From Octopus sinensis (Eukaryota), in the NCBI RefSeq assembly GCF_006345805.1, contig NW_021833269.1, positions 1-64,000 on the forward strand: a stretch of 64,000 bases of DNA, written 5' to 3'. The notes below the pieces were generated by a model that was not told the origin of the DNA, did not search any database, and was given only the letters and a program-made list of their open reading frames with translations. A program made the position numbers and the translations under genes. This document shows, one piece after another, positions 38,680-52,179 of the stretch (within the stretch, counting starts at the first letter, position 1; each line of letters begins with the position of its first letter).

Positions 38680-38972
38680 GTCACGACTGACCATGGGATT
38701 GCACCAAGCAAGGTTGTTTATGGAAGACCATCAGTCGACCATGTATACCAGCTTTCCCTCTTTACACCACCGATGTTGTCCAAGGGAAAGGCAAAGGGGC
38801 TGATACAGCTTAGCACCAGTGACGTCGCATCTCATTTTTACGACTGAGTGAACTGGAGCAACGTGAAATAAAGTGTCTTGCTCAAGAGCACAACACAGAG
38901 CCCAGACCGGTAGTCGAACTCATTACCTCATGATTGTGAGCGCGACGCTCTGATCACTGAGCCATGCGCCTT
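38680..38972 (-). mobile_element. tRNA-derived SINE family C (CORE-like centre)
   Basis: On minus: A box TGGCTCAGTG, B-box-like GAGTTCGACTAC, CTTGAGCAAGACACTT. Confidence 0.9.
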
Positions 38973-39155
38973 TAACAACTTAAGTTTTAGAGAAGGTGCG
39001 AAATCTAGTGGGTTAACAACTTCGATGCCGATCATAAATTCGTGGGTGCTTTTACAGGTCTGTCAGAAGTGTATTGTGGACTTGAGCAAGAAACTGTATT
39101 CTGCATTGCTCTGCTTATATTTACTCAGCTGGCGAGAATGCGTATCAAAACTTAC

Positions 39156-39341
39156 TACATTATTTACATTATTTACATTATTTACATTATTTACATTATT
39201 TACATTATTTACATTTGAGAGATATTTATCCTCATCTTTTTTGTTGTTAACACCACGTTTCGGCTGATATACCCTCCAGCCTTCATCAGGAAATTTCGAA
39301 CTCGGCTTCTTATTCCTAAGGTATTTTCGATGTTGTTGTTG

Positions 39342-39382
<41 letters not shown>

Positions 39383-39474
39383 TATATTATTATTATTATT
39401 ATTATTATTTATGGTACAGCTTGGAATCGAACTCGGAATCTTGGGGTTATTAGACCGCGCTCTTAACCACTACG
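39156..39474 (-). mobile_element. Putative tRNA-headed SINE (G) carrying a hammerhead core and a 9-bp tandem tail
   Basis: On minus: CGTAGTGGTTAAGAGCGCG..GAGTTCGATTCC head, internal (AAT)n, hammerhead core, then six AATAATGTA units. Confidence 0.65.
39250..39289 (-). ncRNA. Hammerhead core, probably inactive in this copy
   Basis: CUGAUGA-A-GGCUG(GAGGGUAUAU)CAGCC-GAA-ACGU-G-GUGU: perfect core and 5-bp stem II, but G at the cleavage site and no stem I partner. Confidence 0.6.
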
Positions 39475-39692
39475 TCGTGAGGTAGTGAGTTGGACTACCG
39501 GACTGGGCTGTGTGTTGTGATCTTGAGCAAGACACTTTATTTCACATTGCTCCAGTTCAATCCGCAGTAAAAATGAGATGCGACGTCACTGGTGCCAAGC
39601 TGTATCGGCCCCTTTGCCTTTCCTTTGGACAACATCGGTGGTGTAAAGAGGGGAAGCTGGGTTATGCTTGGTTGATTCATGATCTTCCATAG
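39475..39692 (+). mobile_element. SINE family C, head-truncated
   Basis: Matches the reverse complement of 38680-38972. Confidence 0.85.
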
Positions 39693-41088
39693 TAGTTGAT
39701 CTGTTTCAGTTTAGGATAACTGACGAATCATTTGTATATCCGACAAACATACGGAATAATAATAATTATTATCATATTAGTAACATTAACAAGACTGACT
39801 ATTATCCACAATGTTTCCTAACCATGCTGAAGTAATTATTTGTGCACTGCGCAAGAGTATCGCTTTTTTTCTCTTTGTCCACCACTCGTAATTTTTTTAA
39901 GATGGAGCAACAATAACGTCTGTCTTTGAACCCGTATTCAAGGAGGCAATAAGAAATATAGTTATATTAAGAAATAGACTCATGAAGCAAGCCAAATATG
40001 AGGATGATATACTCGTAACAATACAGAGATCAGAATGCTGAGAAATTAACGCAGACACTACTTATATTCAATTAAAAAAACACTTACAAAATATTCGATA
40101 ATCACAATTATACAAATGAAATTTCTTCCTTATTCAGCGACTCCATTTCTAGACACAAACATCGAACTCAGACACATCGGATGGAACATGTTCATTTGCA
40201 CCAAAGACGTAAACATGTTTATGTTGAGAGGCAGTGAGTTTCTAAGTATTATAGAAAAGGGTCTCTGGTAAAATACTACTTAGAAGACTATCTAGATTAT
40301 TCTTATGAAATTCTTATGAAAAGTAATCATTAGATAAAGAAATCTTTCCCATTCTAATGCCATTAAGACGTTAATACGACGAGACAGAATGACTTCGTCT
40401 TTTGAAGTTCATAAGACGCCAGGCCTAATAAAAAAAATATAGATAAAATTAAGCGCGTAATGTGTATTTTAGTAATCAAATATAAACTAACTAATGAAAA
40501 GATGAACGCATCGTCAACAGCCTCTGAAACGAGATCATAACAGAAATTAAATTAAGTAATAAACCAACATTAATAATACATTATAAAAAAATCTGAATGA
40601 ATAGTTTTCTTATTAAAAACAGAAAATTATCACTTCCAATATACGAACTATTAGACAAACTTCTACTGATTGATGCGATTTAAAACTTTGATTGCAGAAT
40701 TAAAAGTTTTATATTTCACGACTGCAACTTCTCTATCTGGCCAAAAAAGCATGAAGTTGTCCTTCTGATTTCCTATGCATTTACTACAAGGAAGATTTAG
40801 TTCGCATTACACACAGCACTCAGTTCATGATATAAAATAATATTATTCAGGAACAAATTTCTAGCAAAGAAATATACACAAGCGCTGTCTTGTAGCAATA
40901 TCCCCACTCCCAAAACAAATCCGATTACGTATTTTATATCTAATATTTATTCTATCCGTTCTTAGGTCGAACGAATAAATTAGTAAAACAACACTGCTTG
41001 TCAAGCGATCGCAGGACAAACACAATCAAATAGGCTCTTAAACGTACGCATGCACACGCAAAATATATATAAATACATACATACATAC

Positions 41089-41135
<47 letters not shown>

Positions 41136-41165
41136 GAGAAAGAGAGAGAGAGAGAGAGAGAGGAG

Positions 41166-41237
<72 letters not shown>

Positions 41238-41801
41238 GATAGATAGATGTGTGTGTATGTGTGTTATAATTTAGAAAAAAACAGTAAAATGTTGTCATTA
41301 TAGTACTCGGAGTATCGAATGCTTGAGCGAAGAACTACGATACATTATCGTCGGGTATTAATGGCAACAGACGCTCTGAAAAACCATTGAATAAAAGGGA
41401 AGTTTCTCTAATAGGTAGTAAAATAAAAAGGAAAATAAGATAAAAAATACAAAGGTGACTATTACGATGTTATATTTACGCGTATCTAGGTCCATTTCTA
41501 TGAAACAAGTGTAAAGGATTATGAAAAATGGAAACTATTATCTATTTTAACTTCCAATCAACTTCATTTGACTAATATGAATGAATTTGTTGAACTTTAG
41601 TGAGTTAAGTCATATACTGATAGAGTTAATACAAGCTTTCATACCTGTACAACTTTTTAAAAAACTTCGTCAGTAAAGTATGAAGAGCGGTGGTGCCCCA
41701 GCATGGCCGCGGCCTTCGGACTAAAACATTTTAAAGGATTTATAAAGCATTTGAAATCTAAGGAAAAAATTCCAATTAAAGGACGAACAAACATTCATCG
41801 G

Positions 41802-41835
<34 letters not shown>

Positions 41836-42132
41836 ATATATATACATATGTCAATATATGTATGTATGTATGCATGTATGTATGTATGTATGTATGTATG
41901 TATGTATGTATGTATGTATGTATGTATGTAGATATTATTATAATTAATAATACCAACAATAATATAAGCGGGCAGCAAGCCTTATATTGAGAAAGGCAAA
42001 TTCATGAATTTATAATTGATTATTAATTATAATTGATGGTCTACATTGAGGGTGTTTCTAGCAACGCTGGTAGTTCGATACCCTCAATTATAATTAATAA
42101 TAATAATAATAATATATATATATATTATATAT

Positions 42133-42207
<75 letters not shown>

Positions 42208-42214
42208 ATATATA

Positions 42215-42258
<44 letters not shown>

Positions 42259-42262
<4 letters not shown>

Positions 42263-42574
42263 AGCACTCCGTCGGCTGCGACGACGAGGGTCCCAGTTGA
42301 TCCGAATCAACGGAACAGTCTGCTCGTGAAATCAACGTGCAGGTGGCTGAGCATTCCACAGACACGTAGTTCTCGGGGAGATTCAGTGTGACACAGAGTG
42401 GGACAAGGCTGACCCTTTGAAATACAAGTAGAACTCATTTTTGACAGCTGAGTGGACGAGAACAACGTGAAATAAAGTGTCTTGCTCAAGGACACAACAC
42501 GCTGCCGGGTATTGAACTCACGACCTTACGATCATGAGCCGAATGCCCCTAACCACTAAGCCACGCGCCTTCAC
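42259..42574 (-). mobile_element. tRNA-derived SINE family D
   Basis: A box TGGCTTAGTGG, B box GAGTTCAATACC; centre shared with family C, different 3' half. Confidence 0.85.
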
Positions 42575-42599
42575 TATATACACACATACATATATAGAT

Positions 42600-42767
42600 A
42601 TAGGAGTGGATGTGTGGTAAGTAGCTTGTTTACCAACCACATAGTTCCGGGTTCAGTCCCACTGCGTGGCACCTTGGGCAAGTGTCTTCTACTATAGCCT
42701 CGGGCCGACCAAAGCCTTGTGAGTGGATTTGGTAGACGGAAACTGAAAGAAGCCCGTCGTATATATG

Positions 42768-42798
<31 letters not shown>

Positions 42799-43000
42799 CT
42801 GTGTTTGTCCCCCTAGCATTGCTTGACAACCGATGCTGGTGTGTTTATGTCCCCGTCACTTAGCGGTTCGGCAAAAAGAGACCGATAGAATAAGTACTAG
42901 GCTTACAAAGAATAAGTCCCGGGGTCGACTTGCTCGATTAAAGGCGGTGCTCGAGCATGGCCGCAGTCAAATGACTGAAACAAGTAAAAGAGTAAAAGAG
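42600..43000 (+). mobile_element. SINE family A
   Basis: Near full length; B box GGTTCAGTCCC, internal (TA)n. Confidence 0.92.
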
Positions 43001-43618
43001 ATATATGTATACATATATATATACCTACATAAATAGATACATAAATATATTCTACATGGATGTATGTGTTTGTGTAGCATGTGAGTTTTACTGAAGATGC
43101 TGCTTAATAGTACAAGGAGTGTGTAGCTTAATAACATAATCAACGCTAACAGAATTGAAAATTGGTCATCGTTCGTTCCGAACACATATGACCATCTCTA
43201 ATGCAAGTGGCCACTTAGCTTAACGCTTAGCACATCATTTGCTTTTCGACATTGACAACTGAATTGGCAGGATTGTAGGAGAATCAACATCGAATCTGAC
43301 AGCATAATGTAGTGTTATTTGGAGATGGAAATAAATAGAAGAAAAACAGAGTACAGACTAACTACCATTCTCTAAATTGATGGATTTCATGAAATTATAA
43401 AACGTGGGAGAGATGAAACAATATTACTATTGAGATGGGAGTTGGTATTCCTTGAATTCTGCGCCGTAATTCTACAGAGTAGGATGTTGGATGTGCCGAG
43501 TTGACAGAGCGCGGGAGATAATAGATAGTTCTTTAATCGAAAAGCCGGATGATCGTAAGAAGGGCGTCTAGGCAACGCTGTCGACGTCAGTACTTTATTT
43601 GTATTTTATTTCATCATG

Positions 43619-43856
43619 AAGGCGGCGAGCTGGCAGCAACGTTAGCACGCCGGGCGAAATGCTTAGCGGTATTTCGTCTGCGTTACGTTGTGAGTTCAAA
43701 TTCCGCCGAGGTCGACTTTGTCTTTCATCCTTTCGGGGTCGATAAATTAAGTACCAGTTACGCACTGGGGTCGATGTAATCGACTTAATACCTATGTCTG
43801 TCCTTGTTTGTCCCCTCTGTGTTTAGCCCCTTGTGGGTAATAAAGAAATAGGTATT
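43619..43856 (+). mobile_element. SINE family B
   Basis: Full head and tail; close match to 22730-22966. Confidence 0.92.
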
Positions 43857-44591
43857 TTATTTCATCGACATCGAAAGGATGATAAGCAGTCAACGTCAAT
43901 CCTGACCAGACTCGATCTCGGAACGCAAAGCTCCGTAGCAGCAAAACTGAACATTTTTCTGACGCTTTAATGGCCAGATCGCCGCTTAATGCTACATCCT
44001 GCCTTGTTACAAACCGATGGCCATGAGAACAAAACCCACTTTGGACAACAGTGCATTTCGTCCTTGCAGGGTTTAAAAGATAAATGAATATGATTGACTT
44101 ACGTTTTACCTTTTCATGTTTCAGTTATTAGACTGCGGCCACGCTGGGGCCTCGCCTTGAAGAATTTTTATTTGGATATACTTATATAGTACCCACGTTT
44201 TGCAACCGCTAGGTTAACACACGTACACCAGTTGTTAAGCGGTGATAGGGGAAGAAGAAAATACAGAAAGACACATACAAGTATGCGCCGGCACACACAT
44301 ACACACATATATACACACATACATAAATACGTACATACATTCATACATACATACAAAAATACTGTTGTTGATGTTGAAATTCCGATGTAGGAGCCGTTTC
44401 TTTCTCTATTGGCAAGAACTCTTGGAATAAAGCTGAATAATCACACACACACACGCAAACAAACATGCACAGCACAACATACACATGCTTAGATACATGC
44501 ATACATACATACATATATACATACATACATACATACATACATACATACATACATACATACATACATACACACATACATACATACATACATA

Positions 44592-45000
44592 CTCTTTTAC
44601 TCTTTTACTGTTTCAGTCATTTCACTGCGGCCAGTTGGAGCACCGCCTTTAGTCGAGCAAATCGACCCCGGGACTTATTCTGTAAGCCTAGTACTATATT
44701 CTATTGGGCTCTTTTGCCGAACCGCTAAGTGGCGGGGACGGACGTAAACAGATCAGCACCGGTTGTCAAGCAATGCTAGGGGAACAAACACAGACACACA
44801 AACACACACACATATATATATATATACATATATACGACAGGCTTCTTTCAGTTTCCGTCTACCAGATCCACTCATAAGGCATTAGTCGGCCCGGGGTTAT
44901 AGCAGAAGACACTTGCCGAAGATGCCACGCAGTGGGACTGAACCCGGAACCATGTGGTTGGTTAGCAAGCTACTTACCACACAGCCACTCCTGCGCCTAT
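44592..45000 (-). mobile_element. SINE family A
   Basis: Full length; A box TGGCTGTGTGG. Confidence 0.92.
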
Positions 45001-45292
45001 AACATGTGTATTTTTTAAAGGTAAAAACAAAACGAAACATCTGTACCGATCTGATGATGAATCTGCACCTACGCTTGGTTGATTTATAGTATTTAGATTA
45101 ATATATCAGGTAATTTATGCAGTTGAATATGTTAAAGGTAGCTTCAGTGATTACCGTAGGAGTTGTGATTCGAAAAAGAGGGAAAGACATCGCTACGCAG
45201 ATAACTATATTTAGCGGGCATCAGAGGAAAATTTAAAAGAGGCTTAAACGTAAACATTTCCAGGCAAGCTAAAAAATATGAATTTATATATC

Positions 45293-45487
45293 GAAGGGAA
45301 AGGCCAAGGGGCCGATACTGCTTAGCACCTGTGACGTCACAATTCATCTCTACAGCTGCGAGAACTGAAGCAACGTGAAATATAGTGTCTTAATCAAGAA
45401 CACAACTCACAACCAGATACAGGAATTTAACTCGCTTTCTCATATTTGTCAGCCCGATGCTGTAACCACTGAGCCATGCGCCTTCAC
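45293..45487 (-). mobile_element. SINE family C, 3'-truncated
   Basis: GTGAAGGCGCATGGCTCAGTGG head on minus. Confidence 0.8.
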
Positions 45488-45960
45488 TTTTGCATATAAA
45501 ATATATTTTTCTCATATATAATAATCTATAATTTTTATGTATTTATCTGGGCGTTTAAAATGATTTCTAAAAAGCAGCAAAGTATTATAAACTATCAAAC
45601 TATGTTTAACACCAGGGCTAGAACCATGTTTTGATAATACTTATCTCAGCATTACAGACCATATATCACGTACCAATATAGCGCAGTATGATATCGGAAT
45701 CGAAGTTCTAATTAATGGTACGTGGTACCTGTAGCCTGGGGTGACAGCATGGAGGAAGATACATGCACAGACATACGCACGTAACCCAATGATGGTGGCG
45801 GTGGTGGCAGTACTGGGGTAGTAGTAGTAGTAGTAGTAGTAGTAGTAAGCGTTTACTTTTGTTTTAGACAAGACGGTGACTTGCTTTCGCATATACATTT
45901 ACAAGACACACACACATACATGCATAAATATGAATATATATACATATACACCTATAAATA

Positions 45961-45982
45961 TAAAATAATATAATAATAATGA

Positions 45983-46013
<31 letters not shown>

Positions 46014-46110
46014 AAAAAAAAGAAAACGAAAAAGAAATAAAAGAAAAATAAGAAACAGAAGAAGAAAAAGGAGAAAAAGAAAAAAGAAAAGGAAGAAGGA
46101 GAAGAAAACG

Positions 46111-46199
<89 letters not shown>

Positions 46200-46311
46200 A
46201 AGAAAAAAAAGAAAACGAAAAAGAAATAAAAGAAAAATAAGAAACAGAAGAAGAAAAAGGAGAAAAAGAAAAAAAGAAAAGGAAGAAGGAGAAGAAGAAA
46301 ACGAAAACGAA

Positions 46312-46372
<61 letters not shown>

Positions 46373-46491
46373 AGAAGAAGAAGAAAAAGAAGAGAAGAAG
46401 AAGAAGAAGAAAAAGAGAAGAAGAAAAAGAAAAGAAGAAAAAGAAAAAAAAGAAAAGGAAGAAGAAAACGAAATAATAATAATAATAATAA

Positions 46492-46522
<31 letters not shown>

Positions 46523-46660
46523 AAGAAAAAGAAAAAAAAGAAGATGAAGAAAAAGAAGAAAAAGAAAAGGAAGAAAAAGAAGAAGGAGGAGGAGGAGGAG
46601 AAGTAGTAGTAGTAGTTGTAGAAGAAGATGATGATGTTGATGATGACGACGACGACGATG
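45961..46660. repeat. Compound (GAA)n/(AAT)n purine-rich tract
   Basis: Seen directly. Confidence 0.9.
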
Positions 46661-47366
46661 AGAAAAAAGAAATTGGTTTTTTGTATTTGCTACTGGGGTA
46701 AAGAATTTACATATGATTACGGTTATGTGCGATATTAGCTGTTCCACAGTCATTTGCATATACCTGCATATATCTATACATATGTAGATATATATACACG
46801 AATACATACACACCAACACATGTGTGTATGTGCGTGGGATGAATGTGTCAGCATCTGAATCGTTATTAAAGTAATAATCATATCGCATATATCAGAGAAG
46901 CTACGGGCGACAGGATTTTCATAATACGTCTCTACAACAACAAACCCATTTATTTAGATATCCCTTTCTAATAATATGGTATGGCATTATTGTATTTAAA
47001 TAAAAATACGCGATAAATTCTCACAAGAACGAAATACTATGCAACTGCTCGGCGTGTGTTCGTAAACATTGTATGTGTTTATTTTTTAAACTTTGTTTTT
47101 AATGTCATGTTATGTATCAGAACAATTTTGCATCCAACTGAAGGATTGCACAAAACGCTTAAATGCAGTATGTGTTTATTAAGGCTTCAGAATTGCGTGG
47201 TTGGCAGTGACTTAGCACTTTCGTCCAGTTAAACATTGTCACCTTATTTCACGAAACGTCAAATTTTCTTTCCTTCCAAACTTCTTGTAAATGTTTTGTA
47301 AAGATTTACATGTTTTATGCGTGTATACATCCTTACACACAAACACACCACACACACACACACACA

Positions 47367-47432
<66 letters not shown>

Positions 47433-47460
47433 TATATATATATGTATGTATATATATTTA

Positions 47461-47860
47461 ATAATATCAGGGTAATAAAGATTTTAGAAATTTTTACTAC
47501 CAGTGGATTGGCATATAGAAACGTTAGTCAATATATTGTATAATATTCATATAAATACAGTGTACATTTAAACACATAAGAGGTATGTGTCATAGGATTC
47601 AAATTATAATGTATAAGCACGAGACACAAGCTGGATTGCCTCGTACTTATATGTTTAATCTAGGCTTACCTGTTGATGAAGATTTCGCCTAGCAAATTAT
47701 TTTATTTCCTAAAAATGTCAGAAACCATGGTCCGGGAGATAGATGGTAAATGTTTTTATTTTTCCTTACCTTCGAAGTTTTATCCCTAATAGTGGTTTGA
47801 ACTTTGGCTATTCCTTCTAGCGTGCCAGGAATCCTATGACGGATACCTCTTATGTGTTTA
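47461..47860 (+). mobile_element. (TA)n-adjacent repeat family, possibly Penelope-like
   Basis: 47461-47585 is homologous to the reverse complement of about 2680-2810; weak hammerhead-like motif at 47669-47736. Confidence 0.45.
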
Positions 47861-48127
47861 AATGTACACAGTATATATACACATGTATATAGAGAGATTA
47901 GATAGTTAGGGAGAGGTATTTATAGAGATAAATAGATAGATAGATTCCTAGATACATATATATATATATGTGTGAGTGTTTATCGAGCGAAAACACCTAT
48001 AAGTGTGTGTGTCTGTGTTTGCGACCCACAACCGCTTGACAGTCGGTGATGGAACTATTAGGACCCTGTAACATATCAAAGAGACCGATAGGAAACGTAA
48101 GAAGCTTAAAATCTGAGACCCCCTTCG

Positions 48128-48437
48128 GTCACGACACAGACCATGGGATCGCACCTAGAAAGTTACCCTCCTAGACACAAGTCCGGGCGAGGTTGTTTAT
48201 GGAAGACCAGCAGTCACCCATGCATATCGGCCTCCCCTCTCCACGCCACCAGTGTTATCCAAGGGAAAGGCAAAGGGGCCGATGCAGATTGGCACCTGTG
48301 GCGTCGCAACTCATTTCTACAGCTGAGTGAACTGGAGCAACGTGAAATAAAGTGCCTTGCTCAAGAACACAACACGCAGCCCGGTCCGGGATTCGAGCTC
48401 ACAACCTCACGATCGTAAGCTCGACGCTCTAACCACT
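48128..48437 (-). mobile_element. SINE family C
   Basis: Matches 63014-63339. Confidence 0.9.
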
Positions 48438-49305
48438 ATACTTAACTTATTCCACTAAAATTCTTCATGACGGTACCCCATTATGGTCGTACCGTACATA
48501 ATTACTGAAACAAGCAAGAGAAAATTTAAAATTCTATGTTGAAGCTTCTCATAGTAGAAGCTGTCAGGTTTGGGGTTGACATGGCGAGACAATTTCCATA
48601 ACTGGCATCCTTCGTGTGTAATTGTTACTTCTGTCTTTACCATTTTAGTGAGAAAGAACCACCATATCATCAAGGTTGCAGCACAGGTCACGCGGTGAAC
48701 TTTTCCGCCATTTTTGCAAGTGATTGATGGTACTCTTCTAATGGACGCTCGACTTTGTATTCGCTGTTCACTACCGTATTTCCGTCCATTGCGGCATTTC
48801 TTCACAATCTTCGAAGACATTCTTTTGTTTTCAGACAAATTTGTCACATTTAAAACCCACATCTGTACAATGAATGACACAAAACCAATTCCATTTACAG
48901 AACTGCTATCTCCATTATATTTCACGACAATTACATTTCTTTGTGTGTGGGAGTTCAATGTTAAGGTTTTCAGTCATTAAAGGCCATAGACTGTTCGAAA
49001 TAATACAGTTTTCAAACAAATGGTTATTCTTCCCACACTTTTCTTTGTAAGCGTCCATTTTGTAGTGTAATTTGCATTCATTCTGTCGTTTTTTTTTCTG
49101 TTTGCCAAGTAGAATGTTTTGTTGATTTTCAGGTTTCCTTTTGGGGGCGAGGATCTCAATATCTAGATACCTTTTATCTTTGTATGGACTGTATAAAGAA
49201 ACTTTGTTTAAAAATAAAATCATGAACATTATTAATGATAATAATGAGAATAATAATAATAATAATCACTGTTAGTACTATTATTATCATTATTATTATT
49301 ATTAC

Positions 49306-49358
<53 letters not shown>

Positions 49359-49363
<5 letters not shown>

Positions 49364-49425
49364 TAGTTTTCTTTTTATAGCGTGCTTTTACTTCACTACC
49401 GAGCGCAGCTCTGTGTGCCTTAGGT
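49359..49425 (-). mobile_element. R4/Dong subfamily 1 3' UTR tip
   Basis: Matches 37192-37258; (AAT)n on both sides. Confidence 0.8.
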
Positions 49426-49440
49426 GATTATTATTATTAT

Positions 49441-49832
49441 TAAAGTGAATACACTCATCATGACTACCCGTCTGATAAGGGTACACCAGGCACGTGTATC
49501 ACAACGATATGTGCGCGACATGGTGATCTCATATCAAGATTACAGCGCATGTCTGTATTGAACGAAATACACAAGTGAATTATCCAAACACTAACGAATT
49601 CCTCTCAACACATGGCTACGGATGCTCCCCCACTACTTCTGCTCATGATCAGAGATGTACATATCATCAGCCACTAAGGGACATGCTCAACCGATGAAGA
49701 TCAAACAACTGACAAGCAAATCTGTGGTATTGAGCAGAATATTTGTTGTAGTCCATCTTTTATACCAAGACAAATCTACTTGATAACACTTACAATCAGT
49801 TAAGATTAACACTTCTAATCAGTTAAGATAAG
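49441..49832 (-). mobile_element. Element E, internally deleted copy
   Basis: Matches parts of 20149-20690; (AAT)n on both sides. Confidence 0.75.
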
Positions 49833-50226
49833 AAGCCAAGGTAATTATTATTATTGTTATTATTATTATTATTAGCAACTTCGTTCAATCCTGATCCCAT
49901 TTCTTGCCGAGTGTCTTCCTATCACTTAGCGCAGAGAAACCTACTGTACACATTGGTAGGCCATTAAAACAAGCACACCAGATTATTCATTTACAAAGTC
50001 ATGTGATAGAGATAAAGGGGAAGATAGAGAGAAAAAAGAAAAAAGTGAAAAATAGGAAAATAAGCAAATAAAATACACGGAGAGAAAGGAAAGAAAATTC
50101 ACAGCGCCAATGCTCTTCTCAATACGTGTGACCAGTTACCAGTTAAGACAATCTTTCGCACTTCCTGCATGGATGGTAAGCCAGGGATCATTCATAAATA
50201 TATCTCAGCTCCTTTCTTATCATTCC

Positions 50227-50278
<52 letters not shown>

Positions 50279-50303
50279 TATTATTATTATCATCATTATT
50301 ATT

Positions 50304-50627
50304 CTATGTTTGACTTTTGCTTTATATTTGTACAGGTTGGCTCCAAATCCCACCCAGAGACCTCAAGATACAACAGGTTGGAAGTTAATGTTGTTATGCC
50401 TAGTGTGCCATATATTTGGTTTTGTATTTAGTGTTGTACTAGTGAATGTCTAAAAGAAAAGCATATACGAAAATTATGTTTGTTTTAAAACTTGAGATTG
50501 CATAGAAAGTATTTTGCGTAGGATATGAGCAGTTCCCATGAGCACTATCTTTTGAATTTCTGCCATTTTGGGTTTCCTGGTATCTGAGTTAGGTAGCAAT
50601 CAGCCCCTTTTGCTATCATTCCCAATT
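50304..50627 (-). mobile_element. R4/Dong LINE 3' fragment (subfamily 3)
   Basis: Minus strand GMIAKGADCYLTQIPGNP / KMAEIQKIVLMGTAHILRKILSM; (AAT)n/(AAG)n flanks. Confidence 0.8.
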
Positions 50628-50645
50628 CTTCTTCTTCTTCTTCTT

Positions 50646-50709
<64 letters not shown>

Positions 50710-50779
50710 TATTATTATTATTATATTTTCATTATTATTTTTATTATATTATTATTATTCATTATTATTATTTTTATTA

Positions 50780-50833
<54 letters not shown>

Positions 50834-50915
50834 CATTATTATTATTATTTTATATTATTATTATTATTATTATTATATTATTATTATTATTATCATTATT
50901 ATTATTATTATTTTC
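50628..50915. repeat. (TCT)n-(TAT)n microsatellite
   Basis: Seen directly. Confidence 0.95.
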
Positions 50916-51309
50916 TGTTTAGCTTAACCCAATATTTATCATGAAAGTGCTTCTCTTGCCATCGTTTTATCATAATCATTATTAAACCTTTGTATTGTAT
51001 GTATGTGTCCCTTCTTTGGCAGTTTATATCAATATTTGGCTTTAAAAAAAAAATTATCATTTCATTAAATATAACCCCCCCCACACACACACACACTTTA
51101 TGTCTGTCTTTGTATTGCCCGCTCTCTTTGTTTTATTATTAATGACTTTGCTGTTGTTTTTGTTGTTATCTTTACCCATCATGCAAATCGTCATTGTAGG
51201 GAATCTTATTCACCTACGCTAAAATGGCTTCCAAGAGAGACATAGACAACGTCTGACTTGGTCATCGGTCACTGATAACGATAATAGCGAGAATAAGAGA
51301 CATTAACAC

Positions 51310-51335
51310 CACCACCGCCACTACTACTACTGTTG

Positions 51336-51380
<45 letters not shown>

Positions 51381-51835
51381 GTACTACTACTACTACTTGC
51401 TGCTGCTGCTGCTGCTACCACTACAGCTACTACCATTGCTACTACTACTACTACTACTACTGCTACTATTGCTACTACTACTACTACTACTACTACTATT
51501 GCTACTACTACTACTACAACTACTACTACTACTATTGCTGCTGCTGCTACTACTACTACTACTACAACTAATAATAATGATAATAATATTAATAATGATA
51601 ATAATAACAATAATGATAATGATTTCTACAAAAATGATATTAAGTACTACAACATAATAATACTTTCTACTGACGACGACGACGATGATGATGATGGTGG
51701 ATATGGAGATGATGACGAAGATGAGGAGAGCGACGACGATAAGAAAAAATGACGACAATAATAACAACAACAACAACAATAATAATAATAATAATAATAA
51801 TAAAATAATAATAATAATAATAATAATAATAGATA
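51310..51835. repeat. Compound trinucleotide tract (CTA, CTG, AAT, GAC)
   Basis: Seen directly. Confidence 0.92.
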
Positions 51836-52179
51836 TTATTCGCTTTTAAAATCTGGAGAAGTCAAGGCAAAATACAGTTTAACATAACAAATGCACCCCC
51901 CCACTAGTAGGGACAGTTGTCTGTGTGGGTGTATATATACATACATATATACACATAAACAGACAAACACACACACACACATAACAAATGCACCCCCCAC
52001 TCGCCGCCAGTGGCGCAGTGAGAACTCGTATGGAATACACAATAATAAATATAACATTTTAATATTCTTTTCATTTGTACGTTCTTTTATATTGCATATT
52101 CTGTTACATAAAAGATAATATGAGAAATAGATATTATGATTGCAAATAGAATGTTTTTTAATATTAATAACAACCCAAT

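Noticed and set aside
45899-46888. 329-aa minus-strand ORF
   Set aside because: Translation of (TTC)n/(ATT)n tracts.
48560-48840. Helitron Rep fragment (PQWTEIR..ERP)
   Set aside because: The similarity to the NPxWxEI..RP motif is too short and interrupted by stops.
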